Notes: generated from the sequence alone by a model not told the origin. DNA of 64,000 nt from Blastocatellia bacterium (GCA_039812885.1 JBDIBI010000019.1:28275-92274); one strand, 5' to 3'. Shown: positions 20,581-30,414, counted from the first letter of the stretch. Numbers and translations: made by a program.

Positions 20581-21345
20581 ATGAGTCAAAAATCAAAACC
20601 TGATTATGGAATAGATGCTCCAGGCGTAGTTCGCAATTTATTTATTGCTTCTGGAGTAGCTATATTGGTGATAATTGGAATTACTTCCGGTATAGTGCCT
20701 AAAAGATTAATGATATTTGATTTATTAGGCACTTGTATTGGAACAGCTATTGGTTGTGGTTCAATGGGTTTTTACATGCTTTGGTCAAGTAAAATTGGGA
20801 AAATAAAAGAGCGTGAAAAGTTACTAGACTTAGTTAAATGGCGAGGAGATGAACAGGTTTTAGATATTGGATGTGGTAGAGGTTTGATGTTAATAGGTGC
20901 TGCAAAACGTCTTTCTACTGGGAAAGCTTTTGGAATAGATCTTTGGCAACAAGAAGACTTGTTAGATAATCGCCCTGATGCAACTCTAGAAAATGCAAAG
21001 ATTGAAGGTGTAGCCAATTTAGTAGAAGTTAAAACTGCCGATATGCGCAAGATTCCTTTTGAAGATGGAACTTTTGATGTGATTGTTTCTTGTGCTGCTA
21101 TACATAACCTCTATCAAGCTGAAGATAGAGAACAAACTATGAAAGAAATAGCACGAGTACTTAAAGCTGGCGGACAGGTTGTACTTGAAGATATTAGACA
21201 TGGTAAAGAATACCAGGCAAATCTTGCTAAAGCAGGCTTAAGTGATGCAAAAATAGTTAGTTCAACTTTAGGAACACTATTTTTCAAACTAATAACTTTT
21301 GGAAATTTGGCTCCTGTTACTTTATTAGCAAGTAAATCAAAATAA
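20581..21345 (+). CDS. Membrane-anchored class I SAM methyltransferase
   Basis: YGIDAP, two TM helices, VLDIGCGRG, EIARVLKAGG. Confidence 0.85.
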   Translation: MSQKSKPDYGIDAPGVVRNLFIASGVAILVIIGITSGIVPKRLMIFDLLGTCIGTAIGCGSMGFYMLWSSKIGKIKEREKLLDLVKWRGDEQVLDIGCGRGLMLIGAAKRLSTGKAFGIDLWQQEDLLDNRPDATLENAKIEGVANLVEVKTADMRKIPFEDGTFDVIVSCAAIHNLYQAEDREQTMKEIARVLKAGGQVVLEDIRHGKEYQANLAKAGLSDAKIVSSTLGTLFFKLITFGNLAPVTLLASKSK

Positions 21346-21347
21346 GG

Positions 21348-21896
21348 TTATTTACTTAAGTTAACTCTTAGACTAAAAAAGATTTTTGAACCATTACGAA
21401 AGACTACAGCATTAGAATCTCCCTGTGCAAAGTCTGGAGATAGTTTACCAGTGAGCAAGGTAGTTGCAGGTGCAAAATTACGTCTATAAATACCCAAATC
21501 CATACGTCCATCAAAGAATTTATAAAGGATAATTCCTTTGGTATAAGAAATAGCATCTCGGCGGTAGTAGAGATGATTACTTTCCATTTCTATTGGTTGA
21601 CCTGTTTCATCAAAACGACGACGCTGAAAAACACCTTCTTTATATAATTCTCCAGCACGTTCTAACAAAGTTTTAGGGGTTTTTGCAATGGCAGGTTTCT
21701 TAAAAAAAGAACCTCCACGTAAGCCTAATACTTCTACTGAAACAAGAGTTGGATCATTTTCATTTTCTAAAATATTCTGATTTGAAGGTGTTGAGGAGGG
21801 TTTTTGTGTGGAAATGGCTTGAGAAAGGTTTTGAGCCTTAGCTACAGGGCAAAGACAGATTAACATAAAAGATAAAATTACAATCAAATGTTTCAT
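21348..21896 (-). CDS. Hypothetical secreted protein
   Basis: Sec signal (…VAKA|Q); no recognisable domain. Confidence 0.6.
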   Translation of the reverse strand: MKHLIVILSFMLICLCPVAKAQNLSQAISTQKPSSTPSNQNILENENDPTLVSVEVLGLRGGSFFKKPAIAKTPKTLLERAGELYKEGVFQRRRFDETGQPIEMESNHLYYRRDAISYTKGIILYKFFDGRMDLGIYRRNFAPATTLLTGKLSPDFAQGDSNAVVFRNGSKIFFSLRVNLSK

Positions 21897-21996
21897 AATA
21901 TCTCAGTAAATTAAAGACTATTACTGCTCCCTATAAAAAGCCAAGCTTGTCTGAAATTACAGCTTTAAACCAATTAAAGATAAAATAGGTTCAACT

Positions 21997-22296
21997 CTAA
22001 TTGATAAATTCTTCTTCATCAGAAGACTCTTCAGTTTGCAGGTAAAGATCCTTCCATAAGTTTGCGGAATGTTGGTGAAGTTCTGCTGTTTTTTTCCAAA
22101 CTTGAGCAGCCTTTTTCCAAACCTCAGTGGACTCTTCTAGGATCATATTTTTTTGTTGCCAATCAAAAGATAATTTTTGTAACTCACTTATTATTATATG
22201 AGTTAACAAATATTTTTTTCTTTCTTGAAAATAAAGTGTCCATCCGATTGCACAAAAAATCAAACTCACTATTAAAAGCGAAATTAACCAAAACAT
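21997..22296 (-). CDS. Hypothetical membrane-anchored coiled-coil protein
   Basis: N-terminal TM, heptad-spaced Trp, acidic tail; SD-like GGAAGG upstream. Confidence 0.65.
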   Translation of the reverse strand: MFWLISLLIVSLIFCAIGWTLYFQERKKYLLTHIIISELQKLSFDWQQKNMILEESTEVWKKAAQVWKKTAELHQHSANLWKDLYLQTEESSDEEEFIN

Positions 22297-22600
22297 GATT
22301 ACCTTCCTAATACTGAATTATAATTAAAAATTATAGAAAGAAAATAAAATATCTTTACGAAAAAAAAGTTTATATAGATTAAGCTTTTTTGCTACTAGTA
22401 ATATCCTACTTATAGTTTCTTAGCTAAATGTTTATATATAAGAATTATTGTTTAGGTGAAAACTCAACTAAGTAAATTACTTATAGCCAACCCCCCCCAT
22501 ATTAGTGTTAAAATGCTCCTACCAACCAAACTTTCAAATATACTAATAAAACTGAAATAAATCCCAAGAAGTTTCAGAGAGAAGTGAGATAAAAGAAAAA

Positions 22601-22984
22601 ATGGATTTTTGGGTTACGATTGTGTTCGCGGCTATTGCAGTAAGTTTGTTGATAGTTTTTGGTATTTACTTAGTTCGAATACGCAAACGTTATGAGCAAG
22701 AATGTTTTGATGCTATGTTGAGGGTTTTGCTCCAGCCTACAGCAAACAATATTTCTGAACTAGAAAAAATACTAGCAACTCCTTGGGTGAGTGGCAAAGC
22801 AAGAAATGAACTTCTTTATCAAGCAGAGTTAGAAGCTGATTGTCTATCAATTATGCCTACAGGGGAGATTCGCTCTAGTCAGCCTTTTTTACAACAACGC
22901 TATAATCAGATTTTGACTTCAGCACAATCTCAACAAGCTGTTGCATCACTGGTAAAAGTTCGTTTGACAAGCTTCAAGAAATAA
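22601..22984 (+). CDS. Hypothetical single-TM protein
   Basis: Hydrophobic N-terminus followed by RIRKR. Confidence 0.6.
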   Translation: MDFWVTIVFAAIAVSLLIVFGIYLVRIRKRYEQECFDAMLRVLLQPTANNISELEKILATPWVSGKARNELLYQAELEADCLSIMPTGEIRSSQPFLQQRYNQILTSAQSQQAVASLVKVRLTSFKK

Positions 22985-23139
22985 AATCTTTTTATTTAGC
23001 AGTTAGAATTCTTTAAACTTAATCACTGTTATAAATACATTAGTAGGATTTTGCTGTAAATTAAAAACCTATTATTTGCTGAAATAAGTTATAATAATAA
23101 GTTATAATAACAGAAAATTAACAAGCTCAAGATCTACCC

Positions 23140-24207
23140 TTGAAGCAAACCTCTGTTTATGGTATTAGATACTCAATCCTATCTACAATTGTGAAAGAAA
23201 AACTTATGGAAATGCTTAATGAATGCCTAGGAAAAATAGAGCAATATTTAGCCCGTAGTATTGCTGCACAGTCAAAATTAACTCCAAGAGATATTGATTC
23301 AAGGGAAGTAGCTGCTCAACTAGCTGAACAAGTAAGGCTACAACAATTTCGCTGGGCTGATAATAAGTATTTGCCTCATATATTGACAGTCCATGTTTTG
23401 GAAAGCAAACCAGACAAAATAGAACCCTTGGAAATAATTTTTTGTTCTCCAGAATTTATCCGCCTATTAATGGATACAGCTAAAGCTGCTGGACTAGAAT
23501 GTTTAATGCCTATTCGTTCAGAAGTAGAGCTTGTAAAACAAAATCATAATGCAATAATTTCTGGTAGTGAAAGATGTTCAGTCACTTTAGCCTGGCCTAA
23601 AGTCGAAGATACGCTCTCTATAGCAGATGTAATAGTTGATCAAGACAAACATCGTATTATTGCTATACATGTTCGTCGTTCTAAAATGCCAGTGCTTGCA
23701 CGTCTTACTGCACTTAATGCAGAAGTTTATCGTAATAACTATTTGATGATTCGTGAAAGTACTCATATAGGCCGATTACGTGTTGTAATAGATGATAAAA
23801 CAGGGAGATTTGTAAGACGCAACGACTTTGTTTTTGCTCAAAATGATGATCCTGAAGCTGTGTGCAATAGTGTTTCTCGTCAGCATGCTAAAATTACTTA
23901 CCAACAAGATGGAAGTTTTATCATTGAAGATTCTGGTAGTGCTAATTTAACCAAAATTGAACGTATGGAAGAAGGTAAGAAGTTTTCTATGGAAGTTAAA
24001 CCAAAATTTGGGGTTAAATTACAACATAATGACTTAATAATTTTAGGTTTAGCTCAAGTAAGATTCCAGATAGTTGACCATATAGATCCTAACATATTGG
24101 CAGAAATTAGCTCTGAACAAGAGCGTTCTTCAGTTAGCCATAGTAGTAATGAAAAAGTGCAAAATGTTACTATGCGGTTACCAGTAACATCAAGAGAACC
24201 TAATTAA
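23140..24207 (+). CDS. FHA domain protein (FhaA-like)
   Basis: C-terminal IGR...VSRQHAKI...D.GSAN.T..L...D.I.LG FHA motifs; start may be ATG 23206. Confidence 0.8.
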   Translation: MKQTSVYGIRYSILSTIVKEKLMEMLNECLGKIEQYLARSIAAQSKLTPRDIDSREVAAQLAEQVRLQQFRWADNKYLPHILTVHVLESKPDKIEPLEIIFCSPEFIRLLMDTAKAAGLECLMPIRSEVELVKQNHNAIISGSERCSVTLAWPKVEDTLSIADVIVDQDKHRIIAIHVRRSKMPVLARLTALNAEVYRNNYLMIRESTHIGRLRVVIDDKTGRFVRRNDFVFAQNDDPEAVCNSVSRQHAKITYQQDGSFIIEDSGSANLTKIERMEEGKKFSMEVKPKFGVKLQHNDLIILGLAQVRFQIVDHIDPNILAEISSEQERSSVSHSSNEKVQNVTMRLPVTSREPN

Positions 24208-24220
24208 TAAGGAGTATTAG

Positions 24221-25087
24221 ATGTTTATTGCTGAACATCATTTTGACCATTTTCAAATACACACTATTAAAGATTCATCAGGTAATTTACTAGAAGTTGT
24301 TCCAGAGCGAGGAGCAATAATTTCTCGCTTTTCTATTGCAGATAGGGATGTTTTTTATTTAGACAGAGATAGCCTTAATGATGCTAGTAAAAACGTTCGC
24401 GGTGGTAATCCTGTTCTTTTCCCTATTTGTGGCCCTTTAGCAGGTGGAACTTGTCAAATAAGTGGAAACACTTATTCAATGAAACAGCATGGTTTTGCTC
24501 GTAACTTACCTTGGACAGTTCTAGAAGAAACTCTTGCTGAAGACTCAGGAAAAATTACCCTAGAATTAGTAAGCAATGATACTACTCGCTCACAATATCC
24601 TTTTGATTTCTCAGCTAAATTAACATATGAGCTAACTCAAAAAGGGTTAAAAATACATCAAAAGTATGAAAACCACTCTAAAGAAACTATGCCTTTTTAT
24701 GCAGGTTTTCATCCTTATTTTGCTGCTCCAGAAAAAACAGCTGTAGAACTTCTGGTGTCGGCTGATGAATATGATGATTTTCTTACAGGTAAAACTCTTG
24801 CTGTTGAAAGTGTTATTAATTTTGATCAAGCAGCAGAGGTTAATGGAGCTTTTCATAATGTTAAAGAGCCAAAAGTAAGTTTTAACAATTTTGGTCAAGG
24901 CCGGAAGATTGAGATAACTTTTGACCCACCTTATAAACACATAGTTATATGGGCTTTGCGTGATAAACCTTTTATTTGTGTAGAACCTTGGATGGGCTTA
25001 AATAATAGTTTAAATACTGGTGAAAGTGTTTATCACCTAGAACCGGGAACATCTTTGGAAACATCTGTTGCCTTCAATATCATGTAA
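24221..25087 (+). CDS. Aldose 1-epimerase/galactose mutarotase-like protein
   Basis: VRGGNPVLFP, QHGFAR, GFHPYF, FICVEPW. Confidence 0.9.
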   Translation: MFIAEHHFDHFQIHTIKDSSGNLLEVVPERGAIISRFSIADRDVFYLDRDSLNDASKNVRGGNPVLFPICGPLAGGTCQISGNTYSMKQHGFARNLPWTVLEETLAEDSGKITLELVSNDTTRSQYPFDFSAKLTYELTQKGLKIHQKYENHSKETMPFYAGFHPYFAAPEKTAVELLVSADEYDDFLTGKTLAVESVINFDQAAEVNGAFHNVKEPKVSFNNFGQGRKIEITFDPPYKHIVIWALRDKPFICVEPWMGLNNSLNTGESVYHLEPGTSLETSVAFNIM

Positions 25088-25210
25088 GGACTTATTATAT
25101 AGTTTAAGACTTTTCTTTTTTAGGATAGTGTCTAAGCTAATCCTAATGTAATATGAGCGTAAACAGTAATACTCAACTATTAAAACTTATATGGTTTAGA
25201 GGCATTTGTC

Positions 25211-27715
25211 ATGACGGAAGAACTTACTTCAACAACACCGCCAAGTGAGCAGGAAGAAAAACAATTTCATCTATTAGCATTAACACATCTGCTAGAAGAA
25301 CAAAAAGCTAATCATAGCGTACGCCAAATTCATGGTTTAATAGGGCTTCTAGAAGAAGGTGCAACCGTTCCTTTTATTGCTCGTTATCGTAAAGAAGTAA
25401 CTGGAGGAATGGATGAGGTTGTAATAGCTAATCTAAAAGAACGCTTTGAAGAATTATGCCAGTTAGAAATACGTAAGCAAACCATTTTAGATGTAATTCA
25501 AAAACAAGGTAAACTTACTCCAGAACTAGAAAAACAAATTTCTGCCTGTCATGATAAACATCAATTAGAAGACCTCTATTTGCCTTATAAACCAAAACGC
25601 AAAACAAAGGCTTCTGTGGCTCGTGAAAAAGGCTTAGAACCACTGGCAACAGAAATCTTTGCAACACATGGCAAAGTTTTGGACAAAGATTTAGAAACTT
25701 TGGCTGCTGCTTTTGTTAATGCTGAACTAGGGGTTAATTCTCCTAAGGACGCTTTAGAAGGGGCAAGCCATATTGTTGCTGAATGGATTAGTGAAACTGC
25801 TGAAATTCGTGCAGGACTTCGTAATCATTTACTTACTTCAGGTGAAGTAGTGGTAAGTAGAGCTTCTAAAGAAAAAACTGCTGAACCAACTAAATATGAA
25901 ATGTATTATGATTTTAGAGAAGCTGCCTCTAAAATCCCTTCACACCGCTATTTAGCTATTCGTCGAGGTGAAGAAGAAAATGTACTTAAATATACGATAG
26001 AAGGTGATCGTATTCAAATGGTACAAATGTTAGATGAGCATTTCTTAATTCATCGCACAGGAGAAACAGCAGAATTTATAAAGGCATGTTTGATTGATGC
26101 TTTAGATAGACTCTTAATTCCTTCTCTAGTTACAGAAGTAAGATTAGAAATAAGACGTCGTGCAGAAGCAGAAGCAATTGCTGTTTTTGCTCAAAACTTA
26201 CGCCAAGTCTTGCTTTCTCCTCCAGCAGGCGAACGCCGTGTTCTAGGGCTTGATCCAGGCTATCGCACAGGTTGTAAAATAGCTGTAATTGATGAAACAG
26301 GAAAATTAATTGCTCATACAACTATCTATCCTCATACTTCACAAAATCAATATGAAGAATCAAAACAAATATTGACAGATTTGTCTAAGCAACATCAAGT
26401 AAGTGCTTTAGCTGTTGGAAATGGAACTGCAAGCCGTGAAACTATGCAATTAGCTCAGGAAGTAGCTTCTGACTTAGGTATTAGCGCTATTTTAGTAAAT
26501 GAATCTGGCGCCAGCATTTATTCTGCTTCTGAAATTGCTAGAACGGAATTTCCAGATTTAGATATTACAGTGCGCAGTGCTGCTAGTATTGCTCGACGCT
26601 TCCAAGATCCACTAGCTGAACTAGTTAAAATTGACCCTAAATCTATTGGTGTAGGTCAGTACCAACATGATGTGGATCAAAATGCTTTGAAAAAATCCCT
26701 AGATGGAGTTGTTGAATCTTGCGTTAACTATGTAGGGATTGATCTAAATACTGCTTCCGAAACTTTACTAAGATATGTTTCTGGTATAGGCCCAGCAGTT
26801 GCTAAAGAAATAGTTTCATATCGCAATACTAATGGTAGATTTAATAATAGAGCTGAGTTATTAGAAGTTTCTAAAATAGGCCCAAAAACCTATGAACAAG
26901 CAGCAGGATTCTTAAGAATCCGAGATGGAGCTAATCCTTTAGATAATACTGCTGTGCATCCTGAAAGTTACCCTATTGTAGAAAAAATGGCTGCTAAGCT
27001 AAATGTTACTGTTAATGAGTTAATCGGCAACCAATCTTTACTTAAGAAAATTGACCTAGAAGAATTTGTTGGCGAAAGTATAGGGATGTTAACTTTAACA
27101 GATATTATGAATGAGCTTGCTAAACCAGGTAGAGATCCGCGTAGTGAGTTTGTTGCAATTACTTTTACTGAAGGTGTTAACTCTCTAGATGACTTAGAGT
27201 TAGATATGATTTTGGAAGGTGTGGTTACAAATGTTACTAACTTTGGAGCTTTTGTAGATATAGGCGTTCATCAAGATGGCCTAGTACATATCTCTAATTT
27301 AAGCCACCGCTATGTTAAGAATCCAACAGAAGTAATTAAAGTAGGGGATCGGGTAAAAGTAAAAGTTATAGAAGTTGATGTAGCACGTCGCCGAATAGGT
27401 TTAAGCATCAAAGATACTCAACCTGCTCCTGCTAAAGTAGCTCTAGAACCTAGAGAAGCTAAAGTTGAAAAAGCTGAAAGACCTGAAAGATCTGAAAGAC
27501 CTCTTCGTCCTACTAGAAGACCTCAATCTGAAGCACCAAGAACTGAAGCACAAAGAACTGAAACACGAAGAACTGAAGTAAAACATGAGACAAAACCTGT
27601 AGAAAAAGCACAAGTTCAAAAAGCAAAACCTCAAAAACCTCCTGAAAAGCCAGCCGATACTGGTACTTTGGCAGATAAACTTGCTGCTGCTTGGGCAAAG
27701 AATCGCTTAAAATAG
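25211..27715 (+). CDS. tex: Tex RNA-binding transcription accessory protein
   Basis: TVPFIARYRKE.TG, LDPGYRTGCK, KSIGVGQYQHD, HhH, C-terminal S1 domain. Confidence 0.96.
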   Translation: MTEELTSTTPPSEQEEKQFHLLALTHLLEEQKANHSVRQIHGLIGLLEEGATVPFIARYRKEVTGGMDEVVIANLKERFEELCQLEIRKQTILDVIQKQGKLTPELEKQISACHDKHQLEDLYLPYKPKRKTKASVAREKGLEPLATEIFATHGKVLDKDLETLAAAFVNAELGVNSPKDALEGASHIVAEWISETAEIRAGLRNHLLTSGEVVVSRASKEKTAEPTKYEMYYDFREAASKIPSHRYLAIRRGEEENVLKYTIEGDRIQMVQMLDEHFLIHRTGETAEFIKACLIDALDRLLIPSLVTEVRLEIRRRAEAEAIAVFAQNLRQVLLSPPAGERRVLGLDPGYRTGCKIAVIDETGKLIAHTTIYPHTSQNQYEESKQILTDLSKQHQVSALAVGNGTASRETMQLAQEVASDLGISAILVNESGASIYSASEIARTEFPDLDITVRSAASIARRFQDPLAELVKIDPKSIGVGQYQHDVDQNALKKSLDGVVESCVNYVGIDLNTASETLLRYVSGIGPAVAKEIVSYRNTNGRFNNRAELLEVSKIGPKTYEQAAGFLRIRDGANPLDNTAVHPESYPIVEKMAAKLNVTVNELIGNQSLLKKIDLEEFVGESIGMLTLTDIMNELAKPGRDPRSEFVAITFTEGVNSLDDLELDMILEGVVTNVTNFGAFVDIGVHQDGLVHISNLSHRYVKNPTEVIKVGDRVKVKVIEVDVARRRIGLSIKDTQPAPAKVALEPREAKVEKAERPERSERPLRPTRRPQSEAPRTEAQRTETRRTEVKHETKPVEKAQVQKAKPQKPPEKPADTGTLADKLAAAWAKNRLK

Positions 27716-27716
27716 T

Positions 27717-28814
27717 ATGCAGTCAATTGATGTAGCGATTCCTAACCGTAGTTATTCTATTTTAATAGAAAAAGGACTGCTTTACTGTTTAGGTAAAGAC
27801 ATAAAGCAGTCTTTGTCTTCTTATTGCCGAAAAATAGTAATAGTATCTAATAAACCAATCTTTAGTTTATATGGAGATATTTTATCAAAAAGCCTTATAG
27901 ATGAAGGATTTCAACTTTATCACTTTCTTATTGGAGATGGTGAAAAATATAAAACTTTAGCTACAGCAGAAAAACTTTTTGCTTTTTTAATTGAAAATCG
28001 CGTTGAACGCCGAGATTGTTTGGTTGCCTTAGGTGGTGGAGTTGTAGGGGATTTAACTGGGTTTGTTGCCGCTACTTACTTAAGAGGTATTGATTATGTT
28101 CAAGTTCCTACATCACTTTTAGCACAAATAGATGCTGCAATAGGTGGAAAGACAGCAGTAAATCACCCTAAAGGTAAAAACTTAATAGGTGCTTTTCATC
28201 AACCTAAATTAGTAGTAATTGATCCAAATGTCCTAACTACTTTGCCCAAACGAGAATTAAAAGCTGCAATGCAAGAAGTGATTAAATATGGTGTAATTGC
28301 AGATAAAAAGCTTTTTGAATTGGTAGAAAAAAAGAAGAAATTAATTTTAGCAGGTGATGTTGAGGTATTAAGCCAAATAATTTTTAGTTGCTGTGTTATT
28401 AAAGCAGGTGTTGTTAGTAGAGATGAACATGAAAGTGGAGAAAGACGCATTCTTAATTTTGGTCACACCTTTGGACATGCTTTAGAAACAGCGACCAACT
28501 ACAAACGATTTAAACATGGTGAGGCTGTTGGTTATGGTATAATAGCTGCCACACACATCGCAAATAAGCTGGGTATAATATCTGAAAAAGAAACTATAGA
28601 AATTGAAAATTTAGTATATGCCTATGGGCAATTACCTACAATACAAGACCTAAATATAAATCTATTATTAGATATTATGCAACAGGATAAAAAATCTTTA
28701 GCTGGGCAATTAACATTTGTACTGCCAGAGGAAATTGGACGTGTTATCATTAAAACATCGGTTCCATTAAGTGTCATTCATCAAGTTTTAGGAAAATTGA
28801 TTTCAGGATACTAA
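27717..28814 (+). CDS. aroB: 3-dehydroquinate synthase
   Basis: GGGVVGDLTGF, GGKTAVN, KNLIGAFHQP, LNFGHTFGHA, HGEAV. Confidence 0.97.
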   Translation: MQSIDVAIPNRSYSILIEKGLLYCLGKDIKQSLSSYCRKIVIVSNKPIFSLYGDILSKSLIDEGFQLYHFLIGDGEKYKTLATAEKLFAFLIENRVERRDCLVALGGGVVGDLTGFVAATYLRGIDYVQVPTSLLAQIDAAIGGKTAVNHPKGKNLIGAFHQPKLVVIDPNVLTTLPKRELKAAMQEVIKYGVIADKKLFELVEKKKKLILAGDVEVLSQIIFSCCVIKAGVVSRDEHESGERRILNFGHTFGHALETATNYKRFKHGEAVGYGIIAATHIANKLGIISEKETIEIENLVYAYGQLPTIQDLNINLLLDIMQQDKKSLAGQLTFVLPEEIGRVIIKTSVPLSVIHQVLGKLISGY

Positions 28815-28885
28815 ATCGTTGCTTATAAAAAATCAAAAGAGATAAGCTTTATAAAAGCAATACTTAAAAAAGGAGTGCTGAAAGT

Positions 28886-29275
28886 ATGAAAAAAAGCAGG
28901 ATTTATCGCTATTTAGCAGGGACACGGGGAGAAGGTAATGCCAAGTTTATAGCTACACTCTCAATAATAACAATTGTTGGGTATACTATTTATAGTATTT
29001 TGCCTGTTTATTACAAAGAACAACAGCTTAACCATGATGTGAAAGAAGAAGCTAGACAAGGTGCTGTTAACGGAGCAGAGCCTAAGAAAGTAGAGAAAAG
29101 AGTCAAAGATATAGTAGATAACATTAATTTTCCTACACCTATAAAAATAGATGTTATTAAAAAAGGTGATAACTTGACTATAAAATGTACTGGAACTATA
29201 CCTGTTAGCTTTGTTGTTTATACTTATAACTATAATGTTAATGTAGAGCAGACAGCTAATAGAGGTGGATACTAA
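28886..29275 (+). CDS. DUF4845-like / pseudopilin-like membrane protein (paralog 1)
   Basis: Basic leader ending RG, TM helix, P.YY; paralog of next gene. Confidence 0.65.
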   Translation: MKKSRIYRYLAGTRGEGNAKFIATLSIITIVGYTIYSILPVYYKEQQLNHDVKEEARQGAVNGAEPKKVEKRVKDIVDNINFPTPIKIDVIKKGDNLTIKCTGTIPVSFVVYTYNYNVNVEQTANRGGY

Positions 29276-29419
29276 AACTTACTTATGTTAGCTTATGTAA
29301 GGTGTAAAAAGTTTTTTATCCCACAATTTTAGATTTACTTTTGAACAATACTTCAAGAATTTGAAACATTGCCTTAGCAGCAAGGCTCAATATTTAGTTA
29401 TGGAGGAAGCACTTGAACA

Positions 29420-29821
29420 GTGCCAAGATCTATGAAAAAAGATAAAACTTATCGTTATTTGGCATCACAAAAAGGAGAAAGTAACGCTAAGCTTATAGTT
29501 GCTTTAGTTGTAGTAGCGGTACTTGGATATATTATCTACAGTATTATGCCTCTTTACTATAAAGAACAACAACTTAGTCATGATATAAAAGAAGAGGCTA
29601 GAATAGCTGCTGTTAATGGAAGAGATGTAAAATTAGTAGAAAAATCCTGTCAAAAAATAGTAGATGACATCAATTTTCCTGCGGATATAAAAACAGAAGT
29701 TGTTAAAAATGGGGATAATTTAACCATAAAATGTAAAGGTACTGTACCAGTAAATTTTTTTATTTACAGCTATCCATATAATGTAAATGTGGTTCAGACT
29801 GCTGGTAAAGGCGGCTACTAG
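29420..29821 (+). CDS. DUF4845-like / pseudopilin-like membrane protein (paralog 2)
   Basis: QKG leader, TM; shares YYKEQQL.HD.KEEAR, INFP, GDNLTIKC.GT.PV, QTA..GGY with previous gene. Confidence 0.65.
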   Translation: MPRSMKKDKTYRYLASQKGESNAKLIVALVVVAVLGYIIYSIMPLYYKEQQLSHDIKEEARIAAVNGRDVKLVEKSCQKIVDDINFPADIKTEVVKNGDNLTIKCKGTVPVNFFIYSYPYNVNVVQTAGKGGY

Positions 29822-29833
29822 ATTTAACTAGAA

Positions 29834-29858
29834 AACCTGCTTGAACTTCAAGCAGGTT
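29834..29858. terminator. Bidirectional terminator-like hairpin between convergent genes
   Basis: AACCTGCTTGA-act-TCAAGCAGGTT. Confidence 0.65.
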
Positions 29859-30306
29859 AAAAAAGTTTTTTGCTATCCAAAAGAATTGTTACAGGCCCTT
29901 GATTGACTAACTCTACATCCATCATTGCTTGGAATTTTCCTGTCTCAGTTTTAATTCCTTGTTTAATTGCTTGACTAACAAAATAATTATAAAGTTCTTC
30001 TGCTTGATTTGGTGTTGCTGCATCACTATAGGAAGGCCGTCTTCCTTTGCGACAGTCTCCAAAGAGAGTAAACTGAGATACTACTAATAATTCTCCTTTT
30101 ACATCCAATAGTGAAAGATTCATCTTATCATTAAGATCAGCAAAAATACGGAGGTTGATAATTTTTTCTACCAAGTAATCAGCATCTAATTTTGTATCAG
30201 ATTGAGCTACACCTAAAAGAATTAGTATTCCTAAGCCAATTTTTCCAATTATCTGGTTTTCTACTGTGACTTGAGCATGGGAAACTCTTTGTATAACAGC
30301 ACGCAT
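29857..30306 (-). CDS. dtd: D-aminoacyl-tRNA deacylase
   Basis: MRAVIQRV, SQFTL, KGRRPS, NQGPVT. Confidence 0.97.
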   Translation of the reverse strand: MRAVIQRVSHAQVTVENQIIGKIGLGILILLGVAQSDTKLDADYLVEKIINLRIFADLNDKMNLSLLDVKGELLVVSQFTLFGDCRKGRRPSYSDAATPNQAEELYNYFVSQAIKQGIKTETGKFQAMMDVELVNQGPVTILLDSKKLF

Positions 30307-30320
30307 AAGCTAATAAAGAT

Positions 30321-30395
30321 GGGCAGGGATAAACCTTACTCCTACATTACCTCATCTTTTTTAGATTGATGTAGGAGCAGGGTTTATTCCTGCCC
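30321..30395. repeat. GTAG-type REP doublet (REPIN-like)
   Basis: Inverted 25-mers: revcomp of 30321-30345 is GTAGGAGTAAGGTTTATCCCTGCCC; 30371-30395 is GTAGGAGCAGGGTTTATTCCTGCCC. Confidence 0.8.
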
Positions 30396-30414
30396 GTTAC
30401 CTTTCTATTAAAAT

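Noticed and set aside
23085-23110. Perfect 13-nt tandem repeat TAAGTTATAATAA upstream of FHA gene
   Set aside because: Almost all A/T in an AT-rich region; likely slippage, with no independent support as an operator
27440-27600. Short repeats in the tex 3' end (ERP/RTE)
   Set aside because: Low-complexity disordered protein tail, common in Tex
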